A DNA stretch of 64,000 bases from a virus (IMGVR_UViG_3300037418_003103); one strand, 5' to 3'. Positions 48,535 to 59,019 are shown, numbered from the stretch's first letter. The notes: generated by a model not told the origin, from the letters alone. Numbers and translations: made by a program.

Positions 48535-48608
48535 TGGAGTAGGCGAGCATCAAACTCGCTACCTCCTGCATGCAAAGCAGGTGCTCTATCCAACTGAGCT
48601 TCTACCCC
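48535..48608 (-). tRNA. tRNA-Ala(TGC)
   Basis: G3:U70 pair; loop TTTGCAT. Confidence 0.92.
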
Positions 48609-48626
48609 ATTTAATTCTTTTCTTTG

Positions 48627-48699
48627 TAGCCTTGAATGGATTCGAACCATTATCCTCGGCTTAGAAGGTCGATGCTCTGGTCCATTGAGCTACAAAGCT
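48627..48699 (-). tRNA. tRNA-Arg(TCT)
   Basis: Loop CTTCTAA. Confidence 0.92.
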
Positions 48700-49026
48700 A
48701 TTGTTGCACGAAAATAGTGTATTTAGCTAAATATACTTTATTTAAAGTATATTTTATAATTTTTAATTGGGTTGTCGGTTAATTTGTTAGTACTTTCCAA
48801 ATACCATCCAATATCATACGTTTCGCTATCTATATTACTAATTTCTATTTTCATACCATCCTTTTTCAATTTTTCAATAGTTTCTGCTGAAACAAAACAC
48901 TCAAATAATGTTACATAGTTTAACTTATTTTCTGGGTTATAGGTGGTATTATGTATTAATGTTATAATATCTTCATACGTTTTTTCATGAAACTTTCCCA
49001 ATTCTGTCATAATTTTTAATTTTTTA

Positions 49027-49101
49027 GCGCGCAGTCAAGGAATCGAACCTTGTCCATGCTAGGTTTTGGAGACCTGCCGCATACCATTATGCTACCACGC
49101 A
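49027..49101 (-). tRNA. tRNA-Trp(CCA)
   Basis: Loop CTCCAAA; T-arm CAAGG-TTCGATT-CCTTG. Confidence 0.85.
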
Positions 49102-49295
49102 TTTTATTTTTCGTATTCAAACAACTTAACAAAAATCAGAACCCTCCCTCTTTCTCTTTCAAATCTAAGCTCCGCTTTATCATCAACATCTTTCGCCTTC
49201 TTTAAGTACTTATCGTATATCTGATCAAAGTCCTTATTAAAATCCTTTTCTTTCTCACTCCCTAACTTCCTGTAACGCTCTGTGTTTTCCATATT

Positions 49296-49325
49296 AATAA
49301 AAAACCCCCGATTTTGTCGGGGGCT
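49296..49325 (-). terminator. Intrinsic terminator/attenuator at the head of the tRNA array
   Basis: AGCCCCCGA-CAAAA-TCGGGGGTT-TTTTATT. Confidence 0.85.
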
Positions 49326-49346
49326 ATCTAAGTTACTTTTATATTT

Positions 49347-49445
49347 TTAAAAATATTCAGTATCATACATAACACACCCCAATTCAATGTCTTCGCATTG
49401 TGCCCAATTAAATCGTATCCCTGTTTCTATGACTACTTGTCTCAT
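49347..49445 (-). CDS. Leader peptide MRQVVIETGIRFNWAQCEDIELGCVMYDTEYF (32 aa)
   Basis: Lies between promoter boxes (49475-49495) and the terminator; codons mirror the anticodons of the array. Confidence 0.7.
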   Translation of the reverse strand: MRQVVIETGIRFNWAQCEDIELGCVMYDTEYF

Positions 49446-49474
49446 TATTATTATGTTTTAACTTTCTTTGTCAT

Positions 49475-49495
49475 TATAAATATAATGCAAATATA
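49475..49495 (-). promoter_or_regulatory. Tandem host-type (TATATTTG) and late-type (TATTTATA) promoter boxes for the tRNA array
   Basis: Both motifs lie 30-50 nt upstream of the leader ATG. Confidence 0.65.
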
Positions 49496-49533
49496 CTAAA
49501 AGTAATTATTACAACCAACTTTTTTATTTTTTT

Positions 49534-50172
49534 TTAAACATCAAGCTGTGAAGTGATGCTTATACTAAAAAGATAGGTATTATTTGTTTCATTAAATCCA
49601 TCTAAATAAGCGTTGATATGGGAAACATATCCGCCTGGATTACCTTCAACTCCATGACTATTGTAATTTAATTCTTTCGCAAACTCTTTAGGATTACCAG
49701 AAATACTACTAGGTATCTGAAGTTTAAATTCCATTGTTGATCCTTCCTCTGACTCAGAAACCTTAAGAGTATTCTTTAAGATATATTTACCATAAGGCTC
49801 TATGGAATGATAAGCATCATCCAAATATTGAGCTGATCGTTTTTCTGAAATGTAAGGAGGTAACTCTGCATCGTCCCATCCAAGCTCAAATGAAGCAACC
49901 TTTATTGCTTCTTGTCTTAACCTCTCAGCACCTTCTTTATCTCCTAGATTAAATTGGGCCTTTCCTTTATCGTACAACTCAATAGCTTTCCTTTCGGCTT
50001 CTTTATTTGAACCATGATCACCATCGGTTGGATCTGTTTCGCTATAAAGACTAGTTTCTAATATATCATCAGGTCTCTTAATTTTATTAAAATTATCTTT
50101 AAAAGATTCTATGATAGCCTTCTGTTTTTGCCTCAATATTAGTTTCTTTTCCTTATTTGTAAGTATTTTCAT
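49534..50172 (-). CDS. Hypothetical protein, probable late/virion class
   Basis: TATTTATA box; basic N-terminus with IIE/ILE. Confidence 0.6.
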   Translation of the reverse strand: MKILTNKEKKLILRQKQKAIIESFKDNFNKIKRPDDILETSLYSETDPTDGDHGSNKEAERKAIELYDKGKAQFNLGDKEGAERLRQEAIKVASFELGWDDAELPPYISEKRSAQYLDDAYHSIEPYGKYILKNTLKVSESEEGSTMEFKLQIPSSISGNPKEFAKELNYNSHGVEGNPGGYVSHINAYLDGFNETNNTYLFSISITSQLDV

Positions 50173-50412
50173 TTAGAGGTTGTTTTATTATAAATATAAG
50201 CATAAATATAAATGTTAACTTATACAACACTCATTAAATGTCAAGTTTTAGTTGTTTAAATTTAGATTTCTTTTGTTTTTTATTCTCAGCATTAACTATC
50301 TCAGTATACTTAATGCATAATTTGTATATTGCATCATACAGGTCTGTTTTGATTTCTGTATCCCTTAATTCATGCTTTGCAAGTGCTGTAAAATCTTCTG
50401 GTTTCATATACT

Positions 50413-51183
50413 TTATTTTAATTCCTTTGTAAATGGCTCAAGTCCTATTAATTTTCTATTTTCTTCAACTCTGTTAAGACCAACTTCAAAAGAATGCGGA
50501 TCATTCTCCATGCAAATCCAGCCTCTCTTTAAATTATCACAAGCCACTGCGATGGTAAATGAACCAGCGCAATTATCCAAGACAACCTCCCCTTCATTTG
50601 TGTACGTTTTTATAATATATTCACATAACTTAACTGGTTTTTGTGTGGAGTGAAGATTTAATTTTTGTCTATCAGACGGAAATTGAAGGACACTAATTGG
50701 ATATCGTTCAGTTGAATCATAAGTTGTGTAATTACCGTATTCACCATAAATTTCCCCTTGTGGCGTATTCCTCTTATGGTGAGCCGTTGAAACCTTTCTC
50801 TTATGACCATGTGTTTTGATGTAATTATATGTTGGTAAATGCTTATAGAAAACAAGAATGTTCTCATGTGCCTTCATTGGCGCCTTTTTGGCATTTAAAT
50901 GGCCAGTGGGTCGTGTTTTTTGCCAAATCCATTCATACCTAAGCATCTCTAGATTACTGGCTCCAAGAACCTTGTCAAACGGCGTTTGAGCAAAGAGACA
51001 AATAGCCCCATCATCCTTAATTACACGTTTATATTGCTTCCATAATTTTTCTAAGTCTATTATTGAATCCCATTTGCAATGTGTTGTTCCATATGGCAAA
51101 TCAGCGAATATTAAATCAACGCTCTTGTCAGGTATTTTATTCATCTCAATTAAGCAATCTCCGAAATAAGCCTTGTTAATCAT
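50413..51183 (-). CDS. N4/N6 DNA methyltransferase (beta class)
   Basis: GDCL, DLPYG, HENILVF, HSTQKP, VLDNCAGS. Confidence 0.92.
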   Translation of the reverse strand: MINKAYFGDCLIEMNKIPDKSVDLIFADLPYGTTHCKWDSIIDLEKLWKQYKRVIKDDGAICLFAQTPFDKVLGASNLEMLRYEWIWQKTRPTGHLNAKKAPMKAHENILVFYKHLPTYNYIKTHGHKRKVSTAHHKRNTPQGEIYGEYGNYTTYDSTERYPISVLQFPSDRQKLNLHSTQKPVKLCEYIIKTYTNEGEVVLDNCAGSFTIAVACDNLKRGWICMENDPHSFEVGLNRVEENRKLIGLEPFTKELK

Positions 51184-51186
51184 TAA

Positions 51187-52032
51187 TTATTTACTTGTTT
51201 TGTCGTTTAAATTTAGATATCTAATAGCAGGCGGTATCGGTGGAGCAGGTGCTTGGGTACCTTGTATTGAAGTCTTTACATTGCTTTTTATGTCTCCTTC
51301 TTTTAATGGCTCAGATTTATTAGGGCATAGATCTTCACCAAAGAAAGATGAAAACATGTTGCTAGCTTTATCTACCCAGTCAGTAATTTTTGTTATAAAA
51401 ATTGGTGACGAAAGATCACGATGACGTCTACTCAATTCAATATCCACCATAGTTTCTAAATTTATAAGATTTGATGAGTTAAGTATAACACTATCAGCCA
51501 CAATTGAGTCCTGTTCGGTTTCTGATAAGTGATTCCCCTGGTATGGATTATCAGGCCTACGTATCTCCCAAATTTCACCTCCAAGTTCTTTAACAGCATC
51601 AGATTCATGACGAAACCTAATATCAGATAGTAGTAGTTTCATGTCAGGAGTTAACTTTATTTGTTTCTCATACCATAATTTAAAACGCTGAACCCAAATC
51701 TTTCGTCCAAAAGGAAATTCACCCTCTTTTAAATGATTCTGTATATCAAATTGAAACAGGTCAGTTCCAACAATTTCCATTGCTCTCCTAGGAGACAATC
51801 CCCACCTAGGATCAACTGTTTCTTTCTGTTCCTGGGTTCCCCATAGTTGTTCCCTACTGAAGTCAAATATATGTACCATTGCTTCCTTCATTGGATCTCC
51901 GAAGGCATACTCTTGGTAACCATATTTACTAATAAGGTATTTAGCCGTGGTAGATTTACCAGAAAATTTTCGTCCTTTGATGCCTATTATTTTCATTCTA
52001 TTTAATTTTTTCATTGGGTATTTTATCAACAA
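51187..52032 (-). CDS. Deoxynucleoside monophosphate kinase
   Basis: GIKGRKFSGKST, FGDPMKE, PR..M...GT, SDIRF..E, HLSE. Confidence 0.88.
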   Translation of the reverse strand: MLIKYPMKKLNRMKIIGIKGRKFSGKSTTAKYLISKYGYQEYAFGDPMKEAMVHIFDFSREQLWGTQEQKETVDPRWGLSPRRAMEIVGTDLFQFDIQNHLKEGEFPFGRKIWVQRFKLWYEKQIKLTPDMKLLLSDIRFRHESDAVKELGGEIWEIRRPDNPYQGNHLSETEQDSIVADSVILNSSNLINLETMVDIELSRRHRDLSSPIFITKITDWVDKASNMFSSFFGEDLCPNKSEPLKEGDIKSNVKTSIQGTQAPAPPIPPAIRYLNLNDKTSK

Positions 52033-52235
52033 CTATACACACTCCAAAAGGTTTTTGGCATGTATGAATAACTTCAACCACTCTATAATATACATTATTT
52101 AAATACAGACACTCTCCCTGTCTTGGAAGTACCTTTAAATTCACTTCCTTAAGCTCTTCCCACTCTTTATTTATAATTCTAATTTTCACTTTAATTTAAA
52201 ATCCTATCCATTATATTTATTATAAAATATTTATC

Positions 52236-52310
52236 ATGATAAAAGACGAAAGACAATACGGATGCGGTTGTAAGAAACCTAAGCCGCCAGTAACAGTTAA
52301 AAAACCTTAA
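52236..52310 (+). CDS. 24-aa peptide MIKDERQYGCGCKKPKPPVTVKKP
   Basis: Two TATTTAT boxes upstream and a strong hairpin downstream. Confidence 0.5.
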   Translation: MIKDERQYGCGCKKPKPPVTVKKP

Positions 52311-52350
52311 AAATGACCCCTTTATAGTTTAGTATAAAGGGGCTCATTTT
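52310..52350. terminator. Bidirectional-type hairpin terminator
   Basis: AAAATGACCCCTTTATA/TATAAAGGGGCTCATTTT. Confidence 0.7.
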
Positions 52351-52442
52351 CTCATAAGCACGAAACGGTAGTTTTGGTAAGGCACCCAAGTTTTGGTTTA
52401 ATTTTTCATAGGCTTTGGTTAATCATAGGTATTGGATAGCCT

Positions 52443-53156
52443 TTAGGATATTTGATTAATTTTTATGTCTTTTTTTGATTTTATTATTCCGTCTATTATT
52501 CCGTATTTTAGGCTCTCTTCAGCATTAAGCCATAAATCTCTATCTGCGTCTTTTTTAACTTGTTTAGAAGTTTTACCAGTATATGAGCCTAATAAGTCAA
52601 ATAATACATCATTAAACTTTTCTGCTTCATTAATAGATATTCTCATATCAGCAATAGTGCCCTCAGCGCCTGATGAAACTTGATGGAGCATAACCCTACT
52701 AAATCTAAGAGAGTATCGCTTACCTTTGGTCCCTGAGCCTAAAAGGACACTTCCCATGCTCGCAGCCATTCCAGTATTTATAGTTATTATATCTGATGAT
52801 ACATAATCCATTACGTCTACAATACTAAGGCCATTTGTAACACTTCCACCAGGGCTATCCACATGCATTATAATATCTTTCTTTTCTACGTTGTCAAGAA
52901 ACATCAGCTGTGCCTGAACAACAGTACTCATCTGTGAGTTAACTGGTCCAGAAACCCAAAGTATCCTATCCATTAGCATCCTTGAGAAGATATCCATTTG
53001 AGTTACCCTCAGCTCTCTTTCTTCAAGAATATATGGCGTAAGAGACGCGTCAGAACCATACAACTTATTTTGTATGACAGCCCAATTGTCAAATTGCTGT
53101 TGATGTATTCCTAAATGATTGGTGGCGTAATTTTTAAACTCTTTTGCGTAATTCAT
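52443..53156 (-). CDS. clpP: ClpP protease proteolytic subunit
   Basis: DIFSR..DRI, SPGGSV, GMAASMG, MLHQ, DRD.WL.AEE. Confidence 0.95.
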   Translation of the reverse strand: MNYAKEFKNYATNHLGIHQQQFDNWAVIQNKLYGSDASLTPYILEERELRVTQMDIFSRMLMDRILWVSGPVNSQMSTVVQAQLMFLDNVEKKDIIMHVDSPGGSVTNGLSIVDVMDYVSSDIITINTGMAASMGSVLLGSGTKGKRYSLRFSRVMLHQVSSGAEGTIADMRISINEAEKFNDVLFDLLGSYTGKTSKQVKKDADRDLWLNAEESLKYGIIDGIIKSKKDIKINQIS

Positions 53157-53167
53157 TAAATTTTTAA

Positions 53168-53584
53168 TTAAGCAGCTTCTTCTTCTAATTTTTCCTGAAA
53201 TAATGTTTTAATACTCTCATTTAGTACTTCGTATTTATCATATCCGTATTTTCTAAGTAATAGTGAATAAGTTTTAACGTCTGGTGTAGTAATAACCATC
53301 TTTCCTTTTTCTGTATCAAAATGGATGCGTGCAAGTAATTCTTCTACTACCATTTTTTTCTGTTCTAATTCTAATTTTTCAAATATGCTTCCATTAATAA
53401 CTACAATTACATCCACATTTGTCATATGCTTAAGAATTTCATTAGCTTTGGTCACTTTGCCAATTTCTTTAAGTTCGCTATTATCTAATAGCTTAACATT
53501 AATATGGTTATCCAGACCAGTAGCATCTAATAAGCCATCAAATAATTCTTGTACGTCATCGTACACTTCTTCAAATTTATTCAT
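53168..53584 (-). CDS. Phage metallopeptidase-like protein (HE motif degenerate)
   Basis: GKVTKA, VIVVIN, PDV..Y...RKYG. Confidence 0.5.
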   Translation of the reverse strand: MNKFEEVYDDVQELFDGLLDATGLDNHINVKLLDNSELKEIGKVTKANEILKHMTNVDVIVVINGSIFEKLELEQKKMVVEELLARIHFDTEKGKMVITTPDVKTYSLLLRKYGYDKYEVLNESIKTLFQEKLEEEAA

Positions 53585-53657
53585 TTTATTTATCGTTTAA
53601 TTTAAATAAAAATACTAATAGAATCATTTAATCACAACTTTTTTAATGAATAAATTT

Positions 53658-54644
53658 TTAATTAATATCACTTAAATTCTTTAGATTTTCAATTAGCTTC
53701 TTTTCTTCTTTTGTAATTGATGAGGGTATTTCTATATCAAGTGTAACAATCATATCACCTCTAACGTCTGAATTAATAAATTTCATACCTTTATTCTTAA
53801 CCCTAAGATTGTCTCCAACCCTACTAAATTCAGGTATGGTTATTTTTATAAGGGTTCCTTCAATTGTTGGAATCTCCACCTTATCACCTAGAACTAATTG
53901 CGGATAAGTTAATTTTAATTTATAATTCAAATCATTAGCATTTCTTACAAACTTATCATGTGGCAGCACATTTATATGAATAATTAAAGATCCTTCAATA
54001 CCACTCTTGATTCCGTTCCCCTTGCCTTGTATAGAAGTAGACATGCCAGTATAAACACCAGCAGGAAACATCACTTCAATGGAATCTTCCGATAAAATAA
54101 TACCCTTCCCATTGCATGCAGTACAAATAATTTCAGGTACATTACCACTCCCTGAGCATGCGTGACAAACGTGATAATTTTGCATAGAACCAAACGGTGT
54201 ATTGGTCGTCTGTATTACACTACCTGTGCCATGACAATTTGTGCAAGTTTTTAAATTAGAACCACCATTTGAATTACACTCCGTGCAATTTTTATATCTT
54301 CTATAAGTGTATGTTTTTTTTGTAGGATTAAAAACCTGTTCAAGAGTCAAGTCAATTTTTATAGCCAGATCACTGCCAGTTCTAATCTGTTGTTGTCTAA
54401 ACATACTAGCAAATTCTTCAAATGCGTTAAAATTATCTCCATTGTGACCATGCCTATCATATTTTGAACGCTTTTCTGGGTTTGACAATACCTCATTAGC
54501 CTCATTAATTTCTTTGAATGTATTTTCATCCCCACCCATATCTGGATGATATTTTTTACTCAATCTCCTGTAGGCTTTTTTAATTTCTTCCTGAGAGGCT
54601 GTTTTATCTACCTCCAGTATCTCGTAATAATCTCTTTTATCCAT
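53658..54644 (-). CDS. dnaJ: DnaJ chaperone
   Basis: DYYEILEV, HPD, four CxxCxGxG-type motifs, C-terminal domain. Confidence 0.95.
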   Translation of the reverse strand: MDKRDYYEILEVDKTASQEEIKKAYRRLSKKYHPDMGGDENTFKEINEANEVLSNPEKRSKYDRHGHNGDNFNAFEEFASMFRQQQIRTGSDLAIKIDLTLEQVFNPTKKTYTYRRYKNCTECNSNGGSNLKTCTNCHGTGSVIQTTNTPFGSMQNYHVCHACSGSGNVPEIICTACNGKGIILSEDSIEVMFPAGVYTGMSTSIQGKGNGIKSGIEGSLIIHINVLPHDKFVRNANDLNYKLKLTYPQLVLGDKVEIPTIEGTLIKITIPEFSRVGDNLRVKNKGMKFINSDVRGDMIVTLDIEIPSSITKEEKKLIENLKNLSDIN

Positions 54645-54696
54645 TTACTCTATTTATTATCAAACAAACATACTTATATTTTTTAAAAAAAACAAC

Positions 54697-55356
54697 ATGG
54701 TTTATAGGGTCATTTTATTAAGGAACGGAGAATACAAGTCCACCTTGTACCGTTGTTTGACTAGAGAAAATGCTTTTATCAATTTTAATAAGATTAAAGA
54801 AAATAATAAAGATGTACTCTTTCCAAAAAAATTTATTAATTGCGGTGCTATAAAGCCAGTAAAATATGAAATAGCTGTTAGCAAAATAACAGAAGACACA
54901 GATAGCTTCAGAGTTCTTAGAAATGATGCAGGTAAAATATATGTCGAAAAACCTATTGGTGATTGGACCATTCTGCATTCAGATGAATACCTAATTGAAG
55001 AAGGATTTAATATGTTAGGTTATCAATCCAGAAAAAATAAACCAACCATTAAAGAAGTAATTAAAAAGATAAGCTCTGGCGCTTATAAAAAAAATATGGT
55101 AAAACAGGTAATTGTTGTGCATAACAAGTTAGTAATTCATAACGAAGAACAATTTGATATGGTTATCTGTAAATGTATTGAAGACGCACAAAGGCTTCAT
55201 CACACTCTAGCTAGAATAGCTAAAAAACAAAAAATAAAAAGTATTCTATTTATGGGTACGGCCTCCCAAGCAAGTATCAGCAAAATGTATCAAATTATAC
55301 ATGAAAATACTGGTTGGGCCATGACAAGAATTAGAAGAAGGACTACTAGGCCTTAA
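54697..55356 (+). CDS. Conserved-type phage hypothetical protein
   Basis: 219-aa basic ORF. Confidence 0.6.
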   Translation: MVYRVILLRNGEYKSTLYRCLTRENAFINFNKIKENNKDVLFPKKFINCGAIKPVKYEIAVSKITEDTDSFRVLRNDAGKIYVEKPIGDWTILHSDEYLIEEGFNMLGYQSRKNKPTIKEVIKKISSGAYKKNMVKQVIVVHNKLVIHNEEQFDMVICKCIEDAQRLHHTLARIAKKQKIKSILFMGTASQASISKMYQIIHENTGWAMTRIRRRTTRP

Positions 55357-56670
55357 GCAAAAAGTGACTCTAATTTATGCTGAAGAGTTCTTAACTCCAT
55401 CTCATATTTAGCTAACTCTTGTTGCTTATCTAAAGGCATTTCGCCAAAATACTGAGACTTTAATTTATTTATTTTATAGTGTATTGCATCACCCTGTCTG
55501 ACACAAGAATCGTAAATCTCTGCCTTCTCTTCATTAGTTAAGTTGTTACTCATTTTATTTTAGCTTTTAAATTACCACCAATATCAAATTGTTTACTTAT
55601 GTCTTGAATCAAGTTGTTTATTCTTTCCATTTCTACTTCAGAAACCAGGATGGGGTTTATACACTCCACTCTCTCTTCTGTGTCCGTCGCTAAGAAAAAC
55701 GCCATCATGTTAGCATTCTTACTCTCAATAAGTGTATTAACCGACTTACTGATCTGTTCAATGAGCGAAATATTTGCAAATGTTTCTCTAAACATGTAGA
55801 AAATAACTATTAGAGGATATTCCTTTTTCATATAGATCCTTTAAATTCATTGAATGTTATTTCTGTTACGAAAGGATTTGTATCGAACGTAGCATTATTA
55901 TCATAATTGAACGATTGTTTGTTGAACAAACTAATAACCCTTTCATTCTTTGCATCGATACCTAACTCCAGATGGCAATCAATAATTGTATCTCCATTCA
56001 TCAGATAAATAATAAACTCTGGAACCAATCTATCTTTATGAATACTGCTTTTATATTGGTCGATTTCTTTAACTACAATTCTCATTTGATTAACATTTAA
56101 ATAAAACTACTAATTTATATTTAAAAGTAAACTGATACCCAACTTTGTGCGTTAATTATTATTTTTAATAAATTTAAATGTTATCCCCTCTATTTCAAGT
56201 TCATAGTCCATCTCTTGACCGATATCAGTACTTGTATCAAACGATTCAGTTCTATAATATAACTCTTCTCTAAGTTGCTTATGATTTAAGGGGTCTAAAT
56301 TATAAACTATAGACATGCCTACTTTATTAATCTTGTCGTTATTTATTATTTCTGAAACAGTTTCTATTAGTTGATCAAAATTCATTATTTAAAATTTAGT
56401 AAAAAATTTAATTAATCCTTCCGTCAATTTTTTTAGAAACGGTTTTTTAATAATAGTTATTTTGTTATAATTATTTTTTAAATCTTCTCCAAGGCCATTT
56501 TTCAACTCACTAATAAAATTTTTTTTAGCGTTATCAGTTCTATCGAAAGCTTTTTTATTCTCAGATATAGTGTATATTAACTCTTTTTCTAAAATGTCCA
56601 TTTTTTTTTATTTAAAAATACTAAAAATTATTTACAATAGTAAGATCATCAATTATTTTTTAATAAAAAC

Positions 56671-56985
56671 ATGAAAATATTATTATTTATTTTTCTAGCT
56701 TATGGTATAACAAACATACTTGTTTTTGGAAGTATATTCGATAATTGGAGGAATTTCTGGCAAAAAATTAATCCTGGCTTTTTTGGTAAACTATTTAGTT
56801 GCCCTCTTTGTCTCTCAACATGGGTTGGAGCTATCCTATCCTTCATTCTAAACAAATATGGCTATTCAACGCCGTTTCAAAGCTATGGCATCACGCATCT
56901 TCCACTAATTGTATTCTTTGATGCATGTTTTAGTTCGGGAACGGTATGGCTTATACACACGCTACAGGAACATTTTGAATCTTAA
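56671..56985 (+). CDS. DUF1360-like membrane protein
   Basis: LFSCPLCLSTWVG plus TM segments. Confidence 0.6.
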   Translation: MKILLFIFLAYGITNILVFGSIFDNWRNFWQKINPGFFGKLFSCPLCLSTWVGAILSFILNKYGYSTPFQSYGITHLPLIVFFDACFSSGTVWLIHTLQEHFES

Positions 56986-57599
56986 TAGTCATCTATGCAT
57001 ATGGAACAGGCTTCACCTTCCTTGCAAGAGCAAGATTTGTTATTTTCCTGCGTTGGAAAATCATTAAGGACGGGAGCAGTTAATTTAATTACCTCCTCTT
57101 TCTTTCTTTTTTGTAGTTGCATTTTCCTAAATTCATCAGCGCGTTTCTCTTCTTCATAAGCTTCCATATCTTCTTCTGTTGGTATCGGCAAACTATCTAT
57201 CAGAGATATTTCCTGGATAGGTGATAAGTTACTGGTCACATCAGCCCTATCTATAACAAAATTAAGATGCTGCAGACTATCCAATGAATGCTGCATAAAG
57301 AATTGCTTTAATTCTTCTATTTTAGATTTAAGAAGATCGTTTTTAGCCTCCATCTCCAAGTTTACCTTAATAATGGATGCAACATAATTAAGTATATCAT
57401 CAATACTAAGAGTTGTATCCTCAGTAAAAATCATACTATAATTAGGTTCATCTTTTCCTTTCATTCTCTTAATTCCTACAACCTCTGGAACACTCCAAGT
57501 TTCTTTAATGATCGCGTCAACGACAGGGAGTCCTTCAATATATCTTATTCCAATAACATAAGGCCTTAGAGGCTCAAGAGTTTTTTCAATACTTATCAT
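56982..57599 (-). CDS. Hypothetical protein
   Basis: 205 aa; Cys-rich C-terminus. Confidence 0.6.
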   Translation of the reverse strand: MISIEKTLEPLRPYVIGIRYIEGLPVVDAIIKETWSVPEVVGIKRMKGKDEPNYSMIFTEDTTLSIDDILNYVASIIKVNLEMEAKNDLLKSKIEELKQFFMQHSLDSLQHLNFVIDRADVTSNLSPIQEISLIDSLPIPTEEDMEAYEEEKRADEFRKMQLQKRKKEEVIKLTAPVLNDFPTQENNKSCSCKEGEACSICIDDY

Positions 57600-57797
57600 T
57601 TATTTAAATTTTGATTCCAGTTAAAATTGAAGTAATAATATAGGAAATTGACAATCCAAGTAATAATAATTGCTGTTTAGAAAGTAAGTATTTAGTGCTT
57701 CTCACATACGCTTGAATAAAATAATATAGACTTCTTAATGTATGAATGCTAGATAATATCAACAATATTACAAGCACTTTATTAACTATGGTTAAAA

Positions 57798-57971
57798 TCA
57801 TTTTTTCTTATCTTTAAGTAATTTAATTCTTAGTCCTTGAATTATTTTTTTAAGCGTTAAAATATTTTTTCTTGCCCTTAAGCCAGCGGCCTCATTATGC
57901 TTTTCATAAAATTTGGTTACATCCGTTTGAATTGAGGACGTAAGCCTCGTTAATTCTGTTAATTCTTCCAT
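57798..57971 (-). CDS. Histone H1-like Hc1 family protein (57 aa, missing from the ORF track)
   Basis: DVTKFYEKHNEAAGLRARK...LKK...LR. Confidence 0.75.
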   Translation of the reverse strand: MEELTELTRLTSSIQTDVTKFYEKHNEAAGLRARKNILTLKKIIQGLRIKLLKDKKK

Positions 57972-58222
57972 ATTATTTTTCAGATACGAATGTTTTAAAA
58001 TTATGCAACATTGATTCAGACATTACTACTTCTCTTATAGTCTTTTTAATTTCTTCCATTTTTTCATTAAAAGGTAAGCTTGATCCCATTACCTGGATTA
58101 ACCTTTCTTGATTCTTTAGCACATCTAGAGAGAGTTCACTTATTATTATATTGACCATATTTTCATTCATATAATGAATATAAGCTAAAATAGGATAAAA
58201 ATAAAGACTATGTAAAATTATT

Positions 58223-58687
58223 TTATTTTGACGCGGACATTAATCCATATACTTCAATCAAAGTATCAACATCAGATTTTGTTTTTGGTTCATCAAAGTC
58301 AAAAATAAACATCCACAACTTCAAAAGATTCGTATAAGTATTATTATTTTCAATTTTGTTTGGAAGTGGGTAATAAACTTCATGCATAAATTCTAAAAAA
58401 TAAGAGTATAATTTTTCACTATTAATAGTGAAACCCTCTTCTTTAAAATTACTTACATTCTTATCCCAACACCATTTAAAGTGATTTATTTGTTCCGTTG
58501 CTGATGTTACGTCGTCACCCATATATGTATCAAATATTATTAATATTAATGATTGTATAAAATCGCTGTACAGCTCGCATTTCTCTCGCGTTATATTATT
58601 AGCATCATAAAGCAATTGCATGCTCTCACTAGTTAATTTTTTATTTATATATGTCAAAAATAATAAAGTTTTATTTCCTTCTTCCAT
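58223..58687 (-). CDS. Conserved-type phage hypothetical protein
   Basis: DTYMGDD, HFKWCW. Confidence 0.6.
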   Translation of the reverse strand: MEEGNKTLLFLTYINKKLTSESMQLLYDANNITREKCELYSDFIQSLILIIFDTYMGDDVTSATEQINHFKWCWDKNVSNFKEEGFTINSEKLYSYFLEFMHEVYYPLPNKIENNNTYTNLLKLWMFIFDFDEPKTKSDVDTLIEVYGLMSASK

Positions 58688-58966
58688 TATTTTGTTTAAC
58701 TAAAATTTAATTAAAAATATTTTTAAATAAAGTCTAGTTCATAAGAACGGCCACCACTCTTTTATATTTATTGGCGTTCTTTTTATTATATTAGAGTATT
58801 TGTTATCCTATAAGCTATACCAAAATGTGAAGTGCTTAATTTGTCGTGATTTGATTTACAGTTATTGTAGAGACTTGATGAATCAGCATACAAATGCTCT
58901 GCAATTGTTTTGAATTGTATAAGCGTTATCATTTGGTAAGTTTATAATAATAAATAGTTATATAAT

Positions 58967-58997
58967 TAAAAAAGCCCAACAAAATGTTGGACTTTTT
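58967..58997. terminator. Intrinsic terminator
   Basis: AAAAAGCCCAACA/TGTTGGACTTTTT. Confidence 0.7.
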
Positions 58998-59019
58998 AAT
59001 TATATAAATAAGATTTTTA

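Noticed and set aside
58786-58932. Possible ncRNA in the 58.7-58.9 kb gap
   Set aside because: Explained equally well by a 48-aa minus-strand ORF behind a late box; no convincing structure.
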